DNA of 64,000 nucleotides from the human T2T-CHM13v2.0 reference genome, Homo sapiens: NCBI GenBank assembly GCA_009914755.4, contig CP068257.2, positions 6,624,001 to 6,688,000 of the forward strand, read 5' to 3'. Shown piece by piece: positions 16,276 to 33,275 of this stretch (position 1 is its first letter; each line of letters starts with the position of its first letter). The notes under the pieces were generated by a model. It saw only the letters and a program-made list of their open reading frames with translations, ran no database searches and was not told where the DNA came from. The position numbers and the translations under genes were made by a program.

Positions 16276-16860
16276 TCAGTTGGGCTACTAGCCAGTGCCA
16301 TAAGGAAAACCATTCTGGGGCTCTTGAGAGGGGCAAAGCATAATTTGCATGTGGGAGAAACGTTAATAGTTTGTGGCCAGAAGACACGCTGTGGTTTATT
16401 AAAGACTGCTGCAGGCTCCTACTGTGATTCTCATCAAGAGGTGGAATCTAATCACCTTCCCCCCTTGAATCATGGCTGGTCTCAGTGATGAGTATGACTG
16501 GACAGTGTGGCAGGAGAGATGCTCTGGGACTTCTGAGGGGCGATCATGAGAGGCCTTACAGCTTCTGCCTGGGCCTCTTGGACACACACCCTGGGAGAAG
16601 CCAGACAAACCTGACTACCTGACGCTGCCAGACTGGGAGGAAGTCCGTGCTGGCCACGAAGAGAGGGCTTGGTGCCTGCTCCATGTCCCCAGCCACTAGA
16701 GTCCTTCCAGATGAGACCAGGGACATCATGAAGCAACCAACCAACACCGCCCTGTCCAGTGTCTTGACCCAGAAAATTGTGACATGTAAAAAGAATAAAT
16801 TCCTGGTTTAAGCCAGTAAGGTTACGGGTACATTGTTACATCTCAGATAATTAAAACCTT
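16276..16860 (+). mobile_element. MaLR-type LTR (MST/MLT1-like)
   Basis: Ends with the MaLR signature '…gaataaattcctggtttaagccagtaaggttacgggtacattgttacatctcag'. Confidence 0.55.
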
Positions 16861-17583
16861 GAAAAACTCATGAGAGATCACAAGTAGAACCTTGATCTGA
16901 AACATGGCATGTGGCGATTTATATTGAGTATTAGGTTAAAAATGCAAGAATGGAGCATAGTTAATATTTTACATTAAAGCTAAAACCATAATTGCCTACT
17001 TAAAATTTTCAGTTAATTAGGTTGTCACTTTTTGTTCTTAACCAAGTAATCAACTAGTTTTAGTCCATAAACAGTTAGAACTGATGCACACATCCGTTTC
17101 TCCTTATTCATTTTAAACAGCTATCTGAAATAGGAAGTGTAATATAATCTTTAAAGAATCTGAAAACATGACAGAAATGTTTAAACTATAAACATATATT
17201 ATGTATGTTAGCATATTGTATACATTGCATATTAACATAAGCTAGAATCATTGACATAAATTTATATAAACAAAAGGTGTAAAATATGACAATGTTCTTC
17301 TTGATTTTTGTCTTTGCATATTTCTTTATTGGCATTTGTCAAATGTGACCCACTAACTCCTGAATGCTTTCTCTCTCCCCATTGATTCCTAAGGATGTCA
17401 CCACAGTGTTGGCCAGATGCACAGGTCACAGGGGACTGAATCTCATCACCCCACAAACATACCATTCAGGTTTTGCCAAGAATGACACTGTAAATGTAAC
17501 AAAGCTTCCGTGCTTGTTAGTGAACACCAACTCAGCTCCTCTCCTGTATTCAGAAATCAGGACGAGATGAAAACAACAAGCAG

Positions 17584-17890
17584 GCCAGGCACGGTGGCTC
17601 ACGCCTGTAATCCCAGCACTTTGGGAGGACGAAGCATGTGGATCACCTGAGGTCGGGAGTTCGAGACCACGCTGATCAAAACAGAGAAACCCCATCTCTA
17701 CTAAACATACAAAATTAGCCGGGCATGGTGGCAAATGCCTGTAATACCAGCTACTCAGGAGCTGAGACAGGAGAATTGCTTGAACCCAGGAGGTGGAGGC
17801 TGCAGTGAGCCGAGATCACACCACTGCGCTCTAGCCTGGAAAACAAGAGTGAAACTCTGTCTCAAAAGAAAAAAAATTAAAAATAAAAGA
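17584..17890 (+). mobile_element. Alu
   Basis: 'ggccaggcacggtggctcacgcctgtaatcccagcactttgggagg…' with an A-rich tail. Confidence 0.9.
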
Positions 17891-18287
17891 ACAAGGAAAC
17901 AAAAGTAACAAGGCTTGACACCAGATGAGCCTGAATCTAAGCAAGAAAAGCCCAGAAGAAATCCCATTTTGGGTCACTGGCTGCATGGTAGTAATACCAT
18001 ACACATAAGGGAAGAGAGGAGGATGTGGCTTTCACTTTGAATTTTTTGAGCTTAAGGTAACTTTTGCGTAGCTACAAAGAAGCATTCAACAGAGAGTTAA
18101 ACCTATGATGGAAAGACTGAAGGGGTCCAAGCTGTAGAGAAACAGGACTGCAAACCACAAAGGGCTGAATCAGTCAAGGAGAACTGCAGGGCGGGATGAA
18201 CAGGAACTAATGGAACATTTGGATAAGCTGTTGAGAAGAAAGGAGAATTCAGAGAAAAAGAACTGTCAGTGAGGTCATAATAGGAAC

Positions 18288-18764
18288 TGTTACAGTGAAC
18301 TAAATATGGCCTGGGAAGGACTCTGTACTTCTAGATTTGAGTCCCTGTGGACAAACTGCAACCTAACTTAATAGGTAGGAAGACTGAAAACCTAACTTAG
18401 GAGTATGCACCTGTAACCATAACTGAGTCCTGGCCAATCCCAACAGCCAAACTTCTGCCACTCACACACTGCTGAGTGTTCAGCTGTGTTCAGATAAGGC
18501 AAATGCTGAGCACTGGAACCAGTCCAGTTGTTTCTGGACCTCACTGCTGAGAACGGTAAGGGACCCAGTTGCTTCTGGACCTCACTCCTCACTTCAGATT
18601 TCTGTACATCATGTTCCCTTTATTGTCTATAAATCTTCCACCATGTAGCTGTGCTGGAGTCTCACCAAATCTGCTGTGATTCTGGGGACTGCCTGATTCG
18701 TGAATCATTCATTTCTCAATTAAGTTCCTTTAAATTTAATTAAGCTGAAGATTTTCTTTTAATA
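18288..18764 (+). mobile_element. ERV-L 5' LTR (MLT2-type, by inference)
   Basis: Starts 'tgttacagtgaactaaatatggcctgggaaggactc…' and ends '…gattttcttttaata'. Contains 'tctataaatc' and an internal 2x duplication of 'ccagttgtttctggacctcact'. Confidence 0.6.
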
Positions 18765-18766
18765 GA

Positions 18767-18784
18767 TGGTGTCAGAAGTGGGAT
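18767..18784 (+). promoter_or_regulatory. Primer-binding site complementary to the tRNA-Leu(CAA) 3' end
   Basis: 'tggtgtcagaagtgggat' is the reverse complement of …ATCCCACTTCTGACACCA. tRNA-Leu priming is the defining feature of HERV-L. Confidence 0.7.
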
Positions 18785-18788
18785 CTGT

Positions 18789-19627
18789 GGGAGCAGGACT
18801 GCTAGGGCCTCCGGAGCTATAGTGTGGTGAGCAGCGTTGCTAGGGCTTCTAATGACCCCCAGGAGTGCTGAGGTACAAGAAAGGCACCTGCAAGGACTGC
18901 TCTGTGATGGCAGCAGTGGTCCACGTGGAGCAGTTGCTACGGAGACACTGGCTGAGGTGGGGAGGAGTGGCTGGGGCTGTGCGCTCCTCGAAGCTGGTGG
19001 GAGCCAGGAACGGGTGGGAGCCCCACCCCTTCTAAATTGGCAGGCAGGAGCCCCGCCCTCCCTGGCACAGATGCAGCCATCCAGCCATGACTGCAAACCC
19101 GGGCATCTTTGCACTCTCAGAGGCCCAGCAAGCCCCCCTGTCCCCGCAGGCTCAGTCGTGCCTGGTCCCACCACCTGGCATCTTTCCACTCCCAGAGCCC
19201 ACTCCAACTTCGGATCCAAGTTGAGGCTGAACCCAGGCACAGTCGCAACCCGGCCCGGTTTGTGCAAGCTCAGGGCAGTGCTGACATGCCAGCCCCCTGC
19301 CACCTCGGCCCCCTCCAGACTTTGGGCAGTGACGAGCACAAGAGGGAGGTTGAGGTGGGGCTAAGAGTGGCTCAGCACTGGTCTGAAGGCACTCCTCAGC
19401 TCGAACAGCCTCGACAATGTGGGCACAGCTAACCACAGTGCGTCTCTCTCAGCTGCTGAGAGCTGAACAGACGTTGGGATGACCTGCCTGCAGAAAGGAG
19501 TTACCCACTGCAGTTCTCCTCTGAGCTGTACTGTTGCTCAATAAAGCACCTCTTCACCTTGCTCACCTTCTACTTGCCCACATACCTCATTCTTCCTGGA
19601 CTCAGGTCAAGAACTCGGGACCTGCAA
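18789..19627 (+). other. GC/CpG-rich block directly after the PBS with AATAAA (19533-19538) and a TG…CA boundary; unclassified (nested solo LTR or ERV-L leader)
   Basis: Strong compositional shift. '…gttgctcaataaagcacctcttcaccttgctcacc…' resembles an LTR R/U5. No PBS follows. Confidence 0.3.
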
Positions 19628-21106
19628 ACTAGCAGGGCTGAAAGAGATGTAACATAAACAGGGCTGAAACGCCCCCCTTGCTTGCCAAATTGCAGGCAAG
19701 AAGAAGAGAAGAGAGAAGGAGACAAGAGCTGTGGCCCTTCAGGAAGTCCAGACCTAGGAGCTCCCCAATCCAGGGCTGTGATGCCTTCTTTGGGGCTCTG
19801 CAGTTCCTGCATCTCCAAGTTTCTGGGCGCCACTGCATTCCCTGATACACACAGTGGAAGCTGTTTGCAGTCGGTCTGGTCCAGCTGCAGCCTCACAGGG
19901 AGCTGGCACCTGTGCCGGTACCTGGAGCTGCCCACCTCACTGCAGCTGGCATGCTTGGCTGTGTGCAGTGGCCAGATCCCATGCTTGCTTGCTCACACAC
20001 CCTTCACTGCTCTGTACCCAGTTCACCCTTGGCAGGTGTGGGATCCACACCACTAGCATGAGCCGAGTGGACGGAACGAACCCAGTGGGCCCGAGCAAAA
20101 CACAGGTAAAGGCACCACCAGCCAGAGGTTTCAGGCAGAAAAGTGACGTCTCAGGATTCTGTAACACTTGTGCCCTTTGACCTCTCAGAGCAGCTGGGGA
20201 TCATGGTAAATTCTCTCTCGGATTTCAGAGCTCCATGGATTTGTGTTTTGAGCTCTGAGTTTCTTTGAGCAAATTTCTGTTCCAAACTGCTATCCAGCCA
20301 TGACTGACTGGATGTTTTAGAAGTTATGACAGAAACGGGACCGGGTCCAGGATCAGATTTGATACAGTAGTTAACTGGCTTGAATCCAGTTCCAGTTAGA
20401 GACCTCCTACATCTGAATGGGTCAGAAGGAAAGAGGTAGTAAATGATAATTTTGGAGGGTTGTAAAATTTGGCTTTTGAAAATTCACAGGGATTTTTGTG
20501 TTCTACCCCTTTGTTTCATTTTCCTCGCACACTTAGGTAGGAAAAAAAAATCATTGGCTAAGTCAATCAAGGGAACCTGGGAGTAAAGCCAATATATTAG
20601 GTAAAAATAGGATCCTTAATTTCTGGAAAACTTAGTTCCTTCTGGCTAATTCATTAGGCCTGGGAAGCAGCAAAGTCTTACAGAAATGGCAAAATCTTAC
20701 TAAAGATAACTTACAGTGGAACATTCCAAATAAATAATGCCCTGAAGTGCATTTAAAAATGAGGGTTCCCAAATTAGTCTCATCTAGGGATGCATATTAA
20801 TATGCAGAAGCTTCTAAAAAGATTTAGAGGTGGCACGGCCTATCTGGGAGCAAGTTTGGGTCTTACCAGTTTGACACTGGGTGCTAAGCAAAGTGGCTCG
20901 TATCTATGTTTTGTCACATGTATTTTGCTCTGAGCAGAATGAAAAATGTTAATTTGGTTACTCCAAGCAACCCCTTGGGCAGCATGTTGCAAAGCTGAGT
21001 GGATTCTTCCTGTGGCTCCATGATTTCCATTGTGATGCAGCTTGGCCCCAGAGCTATAATATGGAGAGGAGGGTGACAGAGCAAGAGGTTATCTTTAAAA
21101 AAAAAT

Positions 21107-21400
21107 GGCCAGGGGCAGTGGCTCACGCCTGTAATCCCAACACTTGGGGAGGCCGAGGCAGGTGGATCACCTGAGGTCAGGAGTTCAGGGCCAGCCTGAC
21201 CAAAAAGGAAAAACCCCGTCTCTACTAAAAACACAAAATTAGCTGGGCATGGTGGGGCATGCCTCTAATCCCAGCTACTCAGGAGGCTAGGGCGGGAGAA
21301 TTGCTTGAACCTGGGAGGCAGGGGGTTGCAGTAAACAGAGATCGCATCATTGCACTCCAGCCTGGGCAACAAGAGGGAAAATCCACCTCCAAAAAAGAAA
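21107..21400 (+). mobile_element. Alu, with a short older Alu-tail fragment just upstream at about 21070-21105
   Basis: 'ggccaggggcagtggctcacgcctgtaatcccaacacttggggagg…'. Confidence 0.9.
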
Positions 21401-21496
21401 AGAATAATAGATTGGCCTATAAGGTTTTATGAAAAAGTGGGTGACATTTGGCTTTCTCTCTTTAAAGAAGATTTTCAGAAAATATTAAAAAATAAT

Positions 21497-22536
21497 GGGA
21501 GGAGGAGCCAAGATGGCCGAATAGGAACAGCTCGAGTCTACAGCTCCCAGCATGAATGACGCAGAAGACCGGTGATTTCTGCATTTCCATTTGAGGTACT
21601 GGGTTCATCTCACTAGGGAGTGCCAGACAGTGGGCACAGGACAGTGGGTGAAGTGCACTGTGCACTAGCTGAAGCAGGGCGAGTCATTGCCTCACTCAGG
21701 AAGTGCAAGGGGTCAGGGAGTTAGCTCCCTTTCCTGGTCAAGGAAAGGGGTGACAGACGGCACCTGGAAAATCGGGTCACTCCCACCCTAACACTGTGCT
21801 TTTCTGACGGGCTTAGGAAACGGCACACCAGGAGATTATAGCTGGCACCTGGCTCGGAGGGTCCTACGCACACGGAGTCTCGCTGATTGCTAACACAGCA
21901 GTATGAGATCAAACTGCAAGGCAGCAGCAAGGCTGGGGAGGGGCACCGGCTATTGCCCAGGCTCTCTTAGGTAAACAAAGCAGCCAGGAAGCTCGAACTG
22001 AGTGGAGCCCACCACAGCTCAAGGAGGCCGTCCTGCCTCTGCAGGCTCCACCTCTGGGGGCAGGGCACAGACAAACAAAAAGACAGCAGTAACCTCTGCA
22101 GACTTAAATGTCCCTGTCTGACAGCTTTGAGGAGAGCAGTGGTTCTCCCAGCACGCAGCTGGAGATCTGAGAATGGGCAGACTGCCTCCTCAAGTGGGTC
22201 CCTGACCCCTGACCCCCAAGAAGCCTAACGGGGAGGCGCCCCCCAGTAGGGGCAGAATGACACCTCACACGACCAGGTACTCCTCTGAGACAAAACTTCC
22301 AGAGGAACGATAAGACAGCAGCATTCGCGGATCACGAAAATCCACGGTTTTGCAGACACCACTGCTGATAGCCAGGCAAACAGGGTCTGGAATGGGCCTC
22401 TAGCAAACTCCAACAGACCTGAAGCTGAGGGTCATGTCTGTTAGAAGGAAAACTAACAAACAGAAAGGACATCCACACCAAAAACCCATCTGTACATAAC
22501 CATCATCAAAGACCAAAAGTAGATAAAACCACAAAG
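21497..22536 (+). promoter_or_regulatory. L1PA 5' UTR (internal sense promoter region, about 1.04 kb)
   Basis: Canonical L1 5' UTR sequence up to the ORF1 ATG at 22537. Confidence 0.8.
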
Positions 22537-23553
22537 ATGGGGAAAAAACAGAGCAGAAAAACTGGAAACTCTAAAAAGCAGAGCACCTCTCCTCCGCCAA
22601 AGGAACGCTGTTCCTCACCAGCAATGGAACAAAGCTGGACAGAGAATGACTTTGACGAGTTGAGAGAAGAGGGCTTCAGACGATCAAACTACTCTGAGCT
22701 ACAGGAGGAAATTCAAACCAAAGGCAAAGAAGTTGAAAACTTTGAAAAAACTTTAGACGAATGTATAACTAGAATAACCAATATAGAGAAGTGCTTAAAG
22801 GAGCTAATGGAGCTGAAAGCCAAGGCTCGAGAACTATGTGAAGAATGCAGAAGCCTCAGGAGATGATGAGATCAACTGGAAGAAAGTGTATCAGTGATGA
22901 AAGATGAAATGAATGAAATAAAACAAGAAGGGAAGTTTAGAAAAAAAAGAATAAGAAGAAATGAACAAAGCCTCCAAGAAATATGGGACTATGTGAAAAG
23001 ACCAAATCTGCATCTGATTGGTGTACCTGAAAGTGACGGGGAGAATGGAACCAAGTTGGAAAACACTCTGCAGGATATTATCCTGGAGAACTTCCCCAAT
23101 CCAGCAAAGCCAGCCAACATTCAGATTCAGGAAATACAGAGAACGCCACAAAGATACTCCTCGAGAACAGCAACTCCAAGACACATAATTGTGAGATTCA
23201 CCAAAGTTGAAATGAAGGAAAAAATGTTAAGGGCAACCAGAGAGAAAGGTCAGGTTACCCATAAAGGGAAGCCCATCAGAATAACTGCTGATCTCTCGGC
23301 AGAAACTCTACAAGCAAGAAGAGAGTGGGGGCCAATATTCAACATTGTTACAGAAAATAATTTTCAACCCAGAATTTCATATCCAGCCACACTAAGCTTC
23401 ATAAGTGAAAGAGAAATAAAATACTTTACAGACAAGCAAATGCTGAGCGATTTTGTCACCACCAGGCCTGTCCTAAAAGAGCTCCTGAAGGAAGCACTAA
23501 ACAAGGAAAGGCACAATCGGTACCAGCCACTGCAAAAACATGCCAAATTGTAA
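22537..23553 (+). pseudogene. L1 ORF1p: a single reading frame intact except for two adjacent in-frame TGA codons (22864-22869) at a former CGA-TGC site
   Basis: Track ORFs 22537..22866 and 22894..23553 are in the same frame; MGKKQ.RKTGNSK…RRMMR, then …LQKHAKL. Confidence 0.9.
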
Positions 23554-23616
23554 AGAACATCAAGACTAGGAAGAAACTGCGTCAATTAACGAGCAAAATA
23601 ACCAGCTAACATCATA

Positions 23617-27410
<3,794 letters not shown>

Positions 27411-28055
27411 ATAGATGGGAATTGAACAATGAGAACACATGGACAAAGGAAGGGGAACATCACACTCTGGGGACTGTTGTGGGGTGGGGGGAGGGGGAGA
27501 GGGATATCATTAGGAGATATACCTAATGCTAAATGACGAGTTAATGGGTGCAGCACACCAGACTGGCACATGTATACATATGTAACTAACTGGCACATTG
27601 TGCACATAAACCCTAAAACTTAAAGTATAATAATAATAATAATAATAATAATAAAATAAAATTAAAAAATGAAAAATTTGTTTGCCTTGTAAATAAACTA
27701 CCAAAAAAAAAAGGAAAAACAAGAGGCAGATTATTTGTGGAGATAAGTCTTCCCCCTATCAATGAGTAAAGATTTTTGCCCTTTAAAAATTTTTTAAGTC
27801 ATGATTTTAGGTAAATGAATGACTTACGTTGACGTGGAATTCTATTTCATAACATCAAGTGTTTAAACCTTTAATATATTTAATAGGCTTCCCAAAATCA
27901 AATTGCAACTTCAAAATTTTATGTTCTGACCTCTAACTTTGGGATACTACAGAGGCCCCTGAAGCACCCAAAAGAGAGGTAAACAGGACTATTTAACATG
28001 TTAAGTCACATGGCTAGCACTGTCAAAATAAAAAATAATGTTGAACCTTCTTTAG

Positions 28056-28412
<357 letters not shown>

Positions 28413-28721
28413 TAATTATGGTTATTAAGTTATTGTAGACCACAGAAATAACCAAATTTCCTTGTCAATTGTCTTTATCTATAACTATTTAAAGTCATTT
28501 CCACAGTTAATTGCTTAATGGTGATGCAGTTTCTAAAAACTTCACAAGCATGCAAAATTCTAGAATATGGTGTCTCTTAGAAGATTCATGAAAGAATGAA
28601 AAGGATCCTGAAAAACTCTCGTGAACACAGATTTTTAATAACTTTAATATCATGGGTAAAAATTCCCCATAAGTTCCCCGATACCCCAAGAATTGGACAG
28701 GTTAAGAATTCTCAAAAGTTA

Positions 28722-29021
<300 letters not shown>

Positions 29022-30321
29022 TTAATAAATAGACCAACTGGTTTATAAAACTGCTAACCTAAGTAAAACAAAAATTGTATACCAAGGAAATATTTTGCCA
29101 CATTTGCATGCTAAATCACCAATATTGAAATTGTTTAGGTATATAATTTAAATAAACTCCATGGTCTAAGTCAAATCACCTATAACTACTCATCAGTTAC
29201 CAGTGCCATGCACGTAATTTGGAGAAACAGCTGGTATTCAAGAGGATGTAAGTCTAATGTTAATTAAGCCTAGACTTATGAAGAACCAGGATGGCCACCT
29301 TATCCTTCTTAAGTCCTTAAACTTTTGTTATTAAAAGTTCTGCATTCCATAACTCATCATGGAAAGAGAAAATGATCCAAATTAAATATATTGGTGTGGT
29401 GATTTCTAAACTGCTAAAATAGTTTATAACCAATGTTTGGTTTGTCAAACCTATATTTCTAGGAAAACAATCAAAACTTCAGGTACATTTGGTTACCTGA
29501 TGGGCCATTTAAACATTTTATAAAGGGATTTGATTCAGTTGTCATTTTCAGTGCATGTTTTCTGATTGTATAAAAGCTCTTCCATGCGAGAGAGTTGATG
29601 TTAAAACAGTAGATTATTACCCTGAAGTGTATTTTCACCAGGTCAAGAAAGCCTTTTATGGTTCACTGAGGACAGTCAACCCCTTCAAAATCTGGAATCT
29701 GATGACTGGATCTTCTGAGAACATCAGAGAAGGACTGCCCTTGCCATCCACATGACAGCAAAACTTTAAAACCTTAAACTTTGGGTTCATAGTCTCACAA
29801 CTCAGAAGGGTCCTACCACACTTGGAACCATATACCCATTGGAACCCTTAAGGTAAAGCTAACAAGCACAGTTCCCCCCAGAAGAAGATGGCATCCTTAA
29901 TGTGAAAAGCTTTTCCCAAGATCACAGATCAAGACTTCTCTACTATCATGAGACACTTATCTTAAGTATCTGTGCAGCTGCTAACACTTACAGCATGTGG
30001 AGAAAACATGGGGTATTATAAAAATTTGGTTGTAGGGAATTAACAAAAAAAAACACTTAGTTAAGGAAGTAAACTCTTTATCTAATTCATTCTTTAATCT
30101 ATTTGGTTTTAGGTGGTTTGATTTATGGGGACCCTGAGTTAGGAGCATATACCAAATTCTTGGTGTTATCCCAACAGTCATAAGAGTCTCCCTGGTGCAC
30201 TGTACTTACTCAAATGTTTTAAGTGTTTGCATGCAGGCATCTCTAAAATATCAAATGGTATCTCTTCAACTGGAATGACAAGAGATTAAAAAAAAAGTGC
30301 AACCATAAGGACACCGTAACC

Positions 30322-31480
30322 TATGAGTGACATGCTAAACCGGAAACCCAAAACAATGAGGGTGACATGCTAAACCAGAAACCCAAAACAATGGGAGTGA
30401 TGTAGTAAAACTGGAACCCAAAACAATGGGAGTGACTTGCTAAAACTGGAACCCAAAACAATGGGAGTGACCTGCGAAACCAGAAACCCAAAACAATGGG
30501 AGTGACGTGCAAAACCAGAAACCCAAAACAATGAGAGTGATATACTAAAACTGGAACCCAAAACAATGGGAGTGATGTGCTAAAACCGGAAATGAAAACA
30601 ATGGGAGTGATGTGCTAAAACCGGAACCCAAAACAATGGGAGTGACATGCTAAACCAGAAACCCAAAACTATGGGAGCATCCTGCTAACCCAGAAACCGA
30701 AAACAATGGGAGTGACCTGCTAAACCAGAAACCCAAAACAATGGGAGTGACGTGCTAAAACTGGAACCCAAAACAATGGGAGTGACGTGCTAAAACTGGA
30801 ACCCAAAACAATGGGAGTGACGTGCTAAAACTGGAACCCAAAACAATGGGAGCATCCTGCTAAACCAGAAACTGAAAACAATGGGAGTGACCTGCTAAAC
30901 CAGAAACCCAAAACAATGGGAGTGACGTGCTAAAACCAGAAACCCGAAACAATGGGAGTGACGTGCTAAACCAGAACCCAAAACAATGGGAGGGACTTGC
31001 TAAACCAGAACCCAAAACAATGGGAGTGACGTGCTAAAACTGGAACCCAAAACAATGGGAGTGACCTGCGAAACCAGAAACCCAAAACAATGGGAGTGAC
31101 GTGCAAAACCAGAAACCCAAAACAATGAGAGTGATATACTAAAACTGGAACCCAAAACAATGGGAGTGATGTGCTAAAACCGGAAATGAAAACAATGGGA
31201 GTGATGTGCTAAAACCGGAACCCAAAACAATGGGAGTGACCTGCTAAACCAGAAACCCAAAACAATGGGAGCATCCTGCTAAACCAGAAACTGAAAACAA
31301 TGGGAGTGACCTGCTAAACCAGAAACACAAAACAATGGGAGTGATGTGCTAAAACCAGAAACCCGAAACAATGGGAGTGACGTGCTAAAACTGGAACCCA
31401 AAACAATGGGAGTGATGTGCTAAACCAGGAACCCAAAACAATGGGAATGACGTGCTAAACCCGGAACCCAAAACAATGGT
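30322..31480. repeat. 35-36-bp minisatellite, about 33 units (unit approximately aaacccaaaacaatgggagtgacgtgctaaaccag), containing an approximately 598-bp higher-order duplication (30470-30620 matches 31068-31220)
   Basis: 'caaaacaatg' starts recur at 30349, 30384, 30420, 30454 and so on. Units alternate 'ctaaaactgg' and 'ctaaaccag' variants, and a long identical multi-unit stretch repeats about 598 bp later. Confidence 0.9.
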
Positions 31481-31545
31481 AACTAAGAGTGATGCTAAGG
31501 CCCTACATTTTGGTCACACTCTCAACTAAGTGAGAACTTGACTGA

Positions 31546-31846
<301 letters not shown>

Positions 31847-32207
31847 AAAAGGAGGAATTTTTTAAGCAAAATTATGGGAGGTCAGTGTTTTGAACAAAAC
31901 TCATGCAATAGGTCCCAACAGACCAAACCAAACCAAAATGGAGTCACTCATGCTAAATGTAACATAATCAAACTAAGACTTAAAGGAAACACATAAATCC
32001 TAGAACAAACCAGGTTTTGTTTTTCTCCTGTAAACAGGATGTTCCAGCATAAGAAGATACCTTCTACTCAAGTCCCTGTTCCACCTTTTCAAATCTCACT
32101 GGTCTATTTCCCAGTGGGTTTCTAAACCAAGTAAGTACATTTGCAATGGTAATAGTGACACCAGTGACTGAAGTTTTGGCCAATCTCTCAAAATTGAGAA
32201 AATAACC

Positions 32208-32217
32208 AAAGGGAAGG
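32208..32217 (+). promoter_or_regulatory. Polypurine tract of the ERV-L provirus
   Basis: 'aaagggaagg' lies 3 nt upstream of the 3' LTR start. Confidence 0.5.
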
Positions 32218-32220
32218 CAT

Positions 32221-32619
32221 TGTTAAAGTGAACTAAGTATGGCCTGAGAAGGACTCCATAATTCTATATATGAGTCCTTGTGGATGAACTGTAACCTACC
32301 TTAATAGGTATAGAAGAATGAAAAACTAACTTAAGAGTATGCACCTGGAAAAACAGCTACATCTTGGCCAATCCCAATGGCCAAACTTCAACCAATCAGG
32401 CACTGCCAAATGTTCAAACTGTGTTCAAACAAGGCAAACACTGAGTTGTTTCTGTACCTCACTTCCGATTTCGGTATGCCATTTCCCTTTTGTCTATAAA
32501 TCTTCTTCCACCACATGAATGCGCTGGAGTCTCTGTGAATCTGCTGTGATTCTGGGGACTGTCTGATTCGTGAATAGTTTATTGCTCTATTAAACTCCTT
32601 TAAAGTTTTTCTTTTAACA
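32221..32619 (+). mobile_element. ERV-L 3' LTR
   Basis: 'tgttaaagtgaactaagtatggcctgagaaggactc…tctataaatcttc…cttttaaca', homologous to 18288-18764. Confidence 0.6.
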
Positions 32620-32689
32620 GAACTAACACAGAAGAATTTCCAGATCATGAACAGATGTTTTGTAATACCCAATGTTGTAACATGAATAG

Positions 32690-33275
32690 ACTCTTCCTTA
32701 GATAGCTAACCTTGTTTTTAATATGAATAGATTCTCCCTTAGCTGAGAAAACCAGACAAACTCCATTTGGCTCCTTCATTTACAAGACATCAAGGGCTCC
32801 CTACCCACCCCCTTTCCTCAAGGACTTTAACTTGTGCAAGCTGACTTTCAATATATCAAAGAGTGCAATTAACTGATAAAGTGCTGAGACAAGCGATGTC
32901 CGCAGTTCCCAGCAATTTATTCAGAGATGGTATCATAAAGCCCCACATTTGTCTGGCAGATAATGCCCAGAGCCCCCTCACCTATCACTTTGTGGTGAAT
33001 TTAAAGCCCCTGCACCTGGAACAGTTTGTTTTCCTGTAACCATCTGTCTTTTTAACTTTTTTGTCTGTTATTTTCTTCTGTAAAGTTGCTGCAGCTAGAA
33101 TCCCCCCTCCCCTCTCTAAACCAAAGTATAAAAGAAAATCTAGTCCCTTCTTCGGGGCCGAGAGAATTTCGTGCATTAGCCGTCTCTCAGTCACCAGCTA
33201 ATAAAGGACCCCTGAATTCGTCTCAAAGTGTGGCGTTTATCTCTAACTCACTCGGGTACGACAGTTTCAACTATG
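32690..33275 (+). mobile_element. Solo LTR of an unclassified ERV (TATA 'tataaaag', poly-A signal 'aataaagg', ends '…gggtacgaca')
   Basis: A U3-R-U5-like layout: 'cctctctaaaccaaagtataaaagaaaatctag…cagctaataaaggacccctgaattcgtctc…'. No PBS follows. Confidence 0.45.

Noticed and set aside
18767-18784. An 18-nt exact match to the tRNA-Leu(CAA) 3' end, considered as a possible tRNA gene or fragment
   Set aside because: Only the 3'-terminal 18 nt are present, in antisense, directly after an LTR. This is a retroviral primer-binding site, not a tRNA gene.
18740-20180. Cluster of 100-200-aa ORFs on both strands (18740..19339 on the - strand, 18837..19364 on the + strand, 19682..20056 on the + strand)
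   Set aside because: They lie in a GC-rich block where stop codons are statistically rare, overlap on opposite strands, and have low-complexity Pro/Ala/Gly/Ser-rich translations with no recognisable domain.
30322-31480. Regularly spaced 35-bp repeats (and the 48-bp and 56-bp arrays), which superficially resemble a CRISPR array
   Set aside because: Units are contiguous with no unique spacers. The context is primate with Alu, L1 and ERV. These are minisatellites or satellites, not CRISPR.
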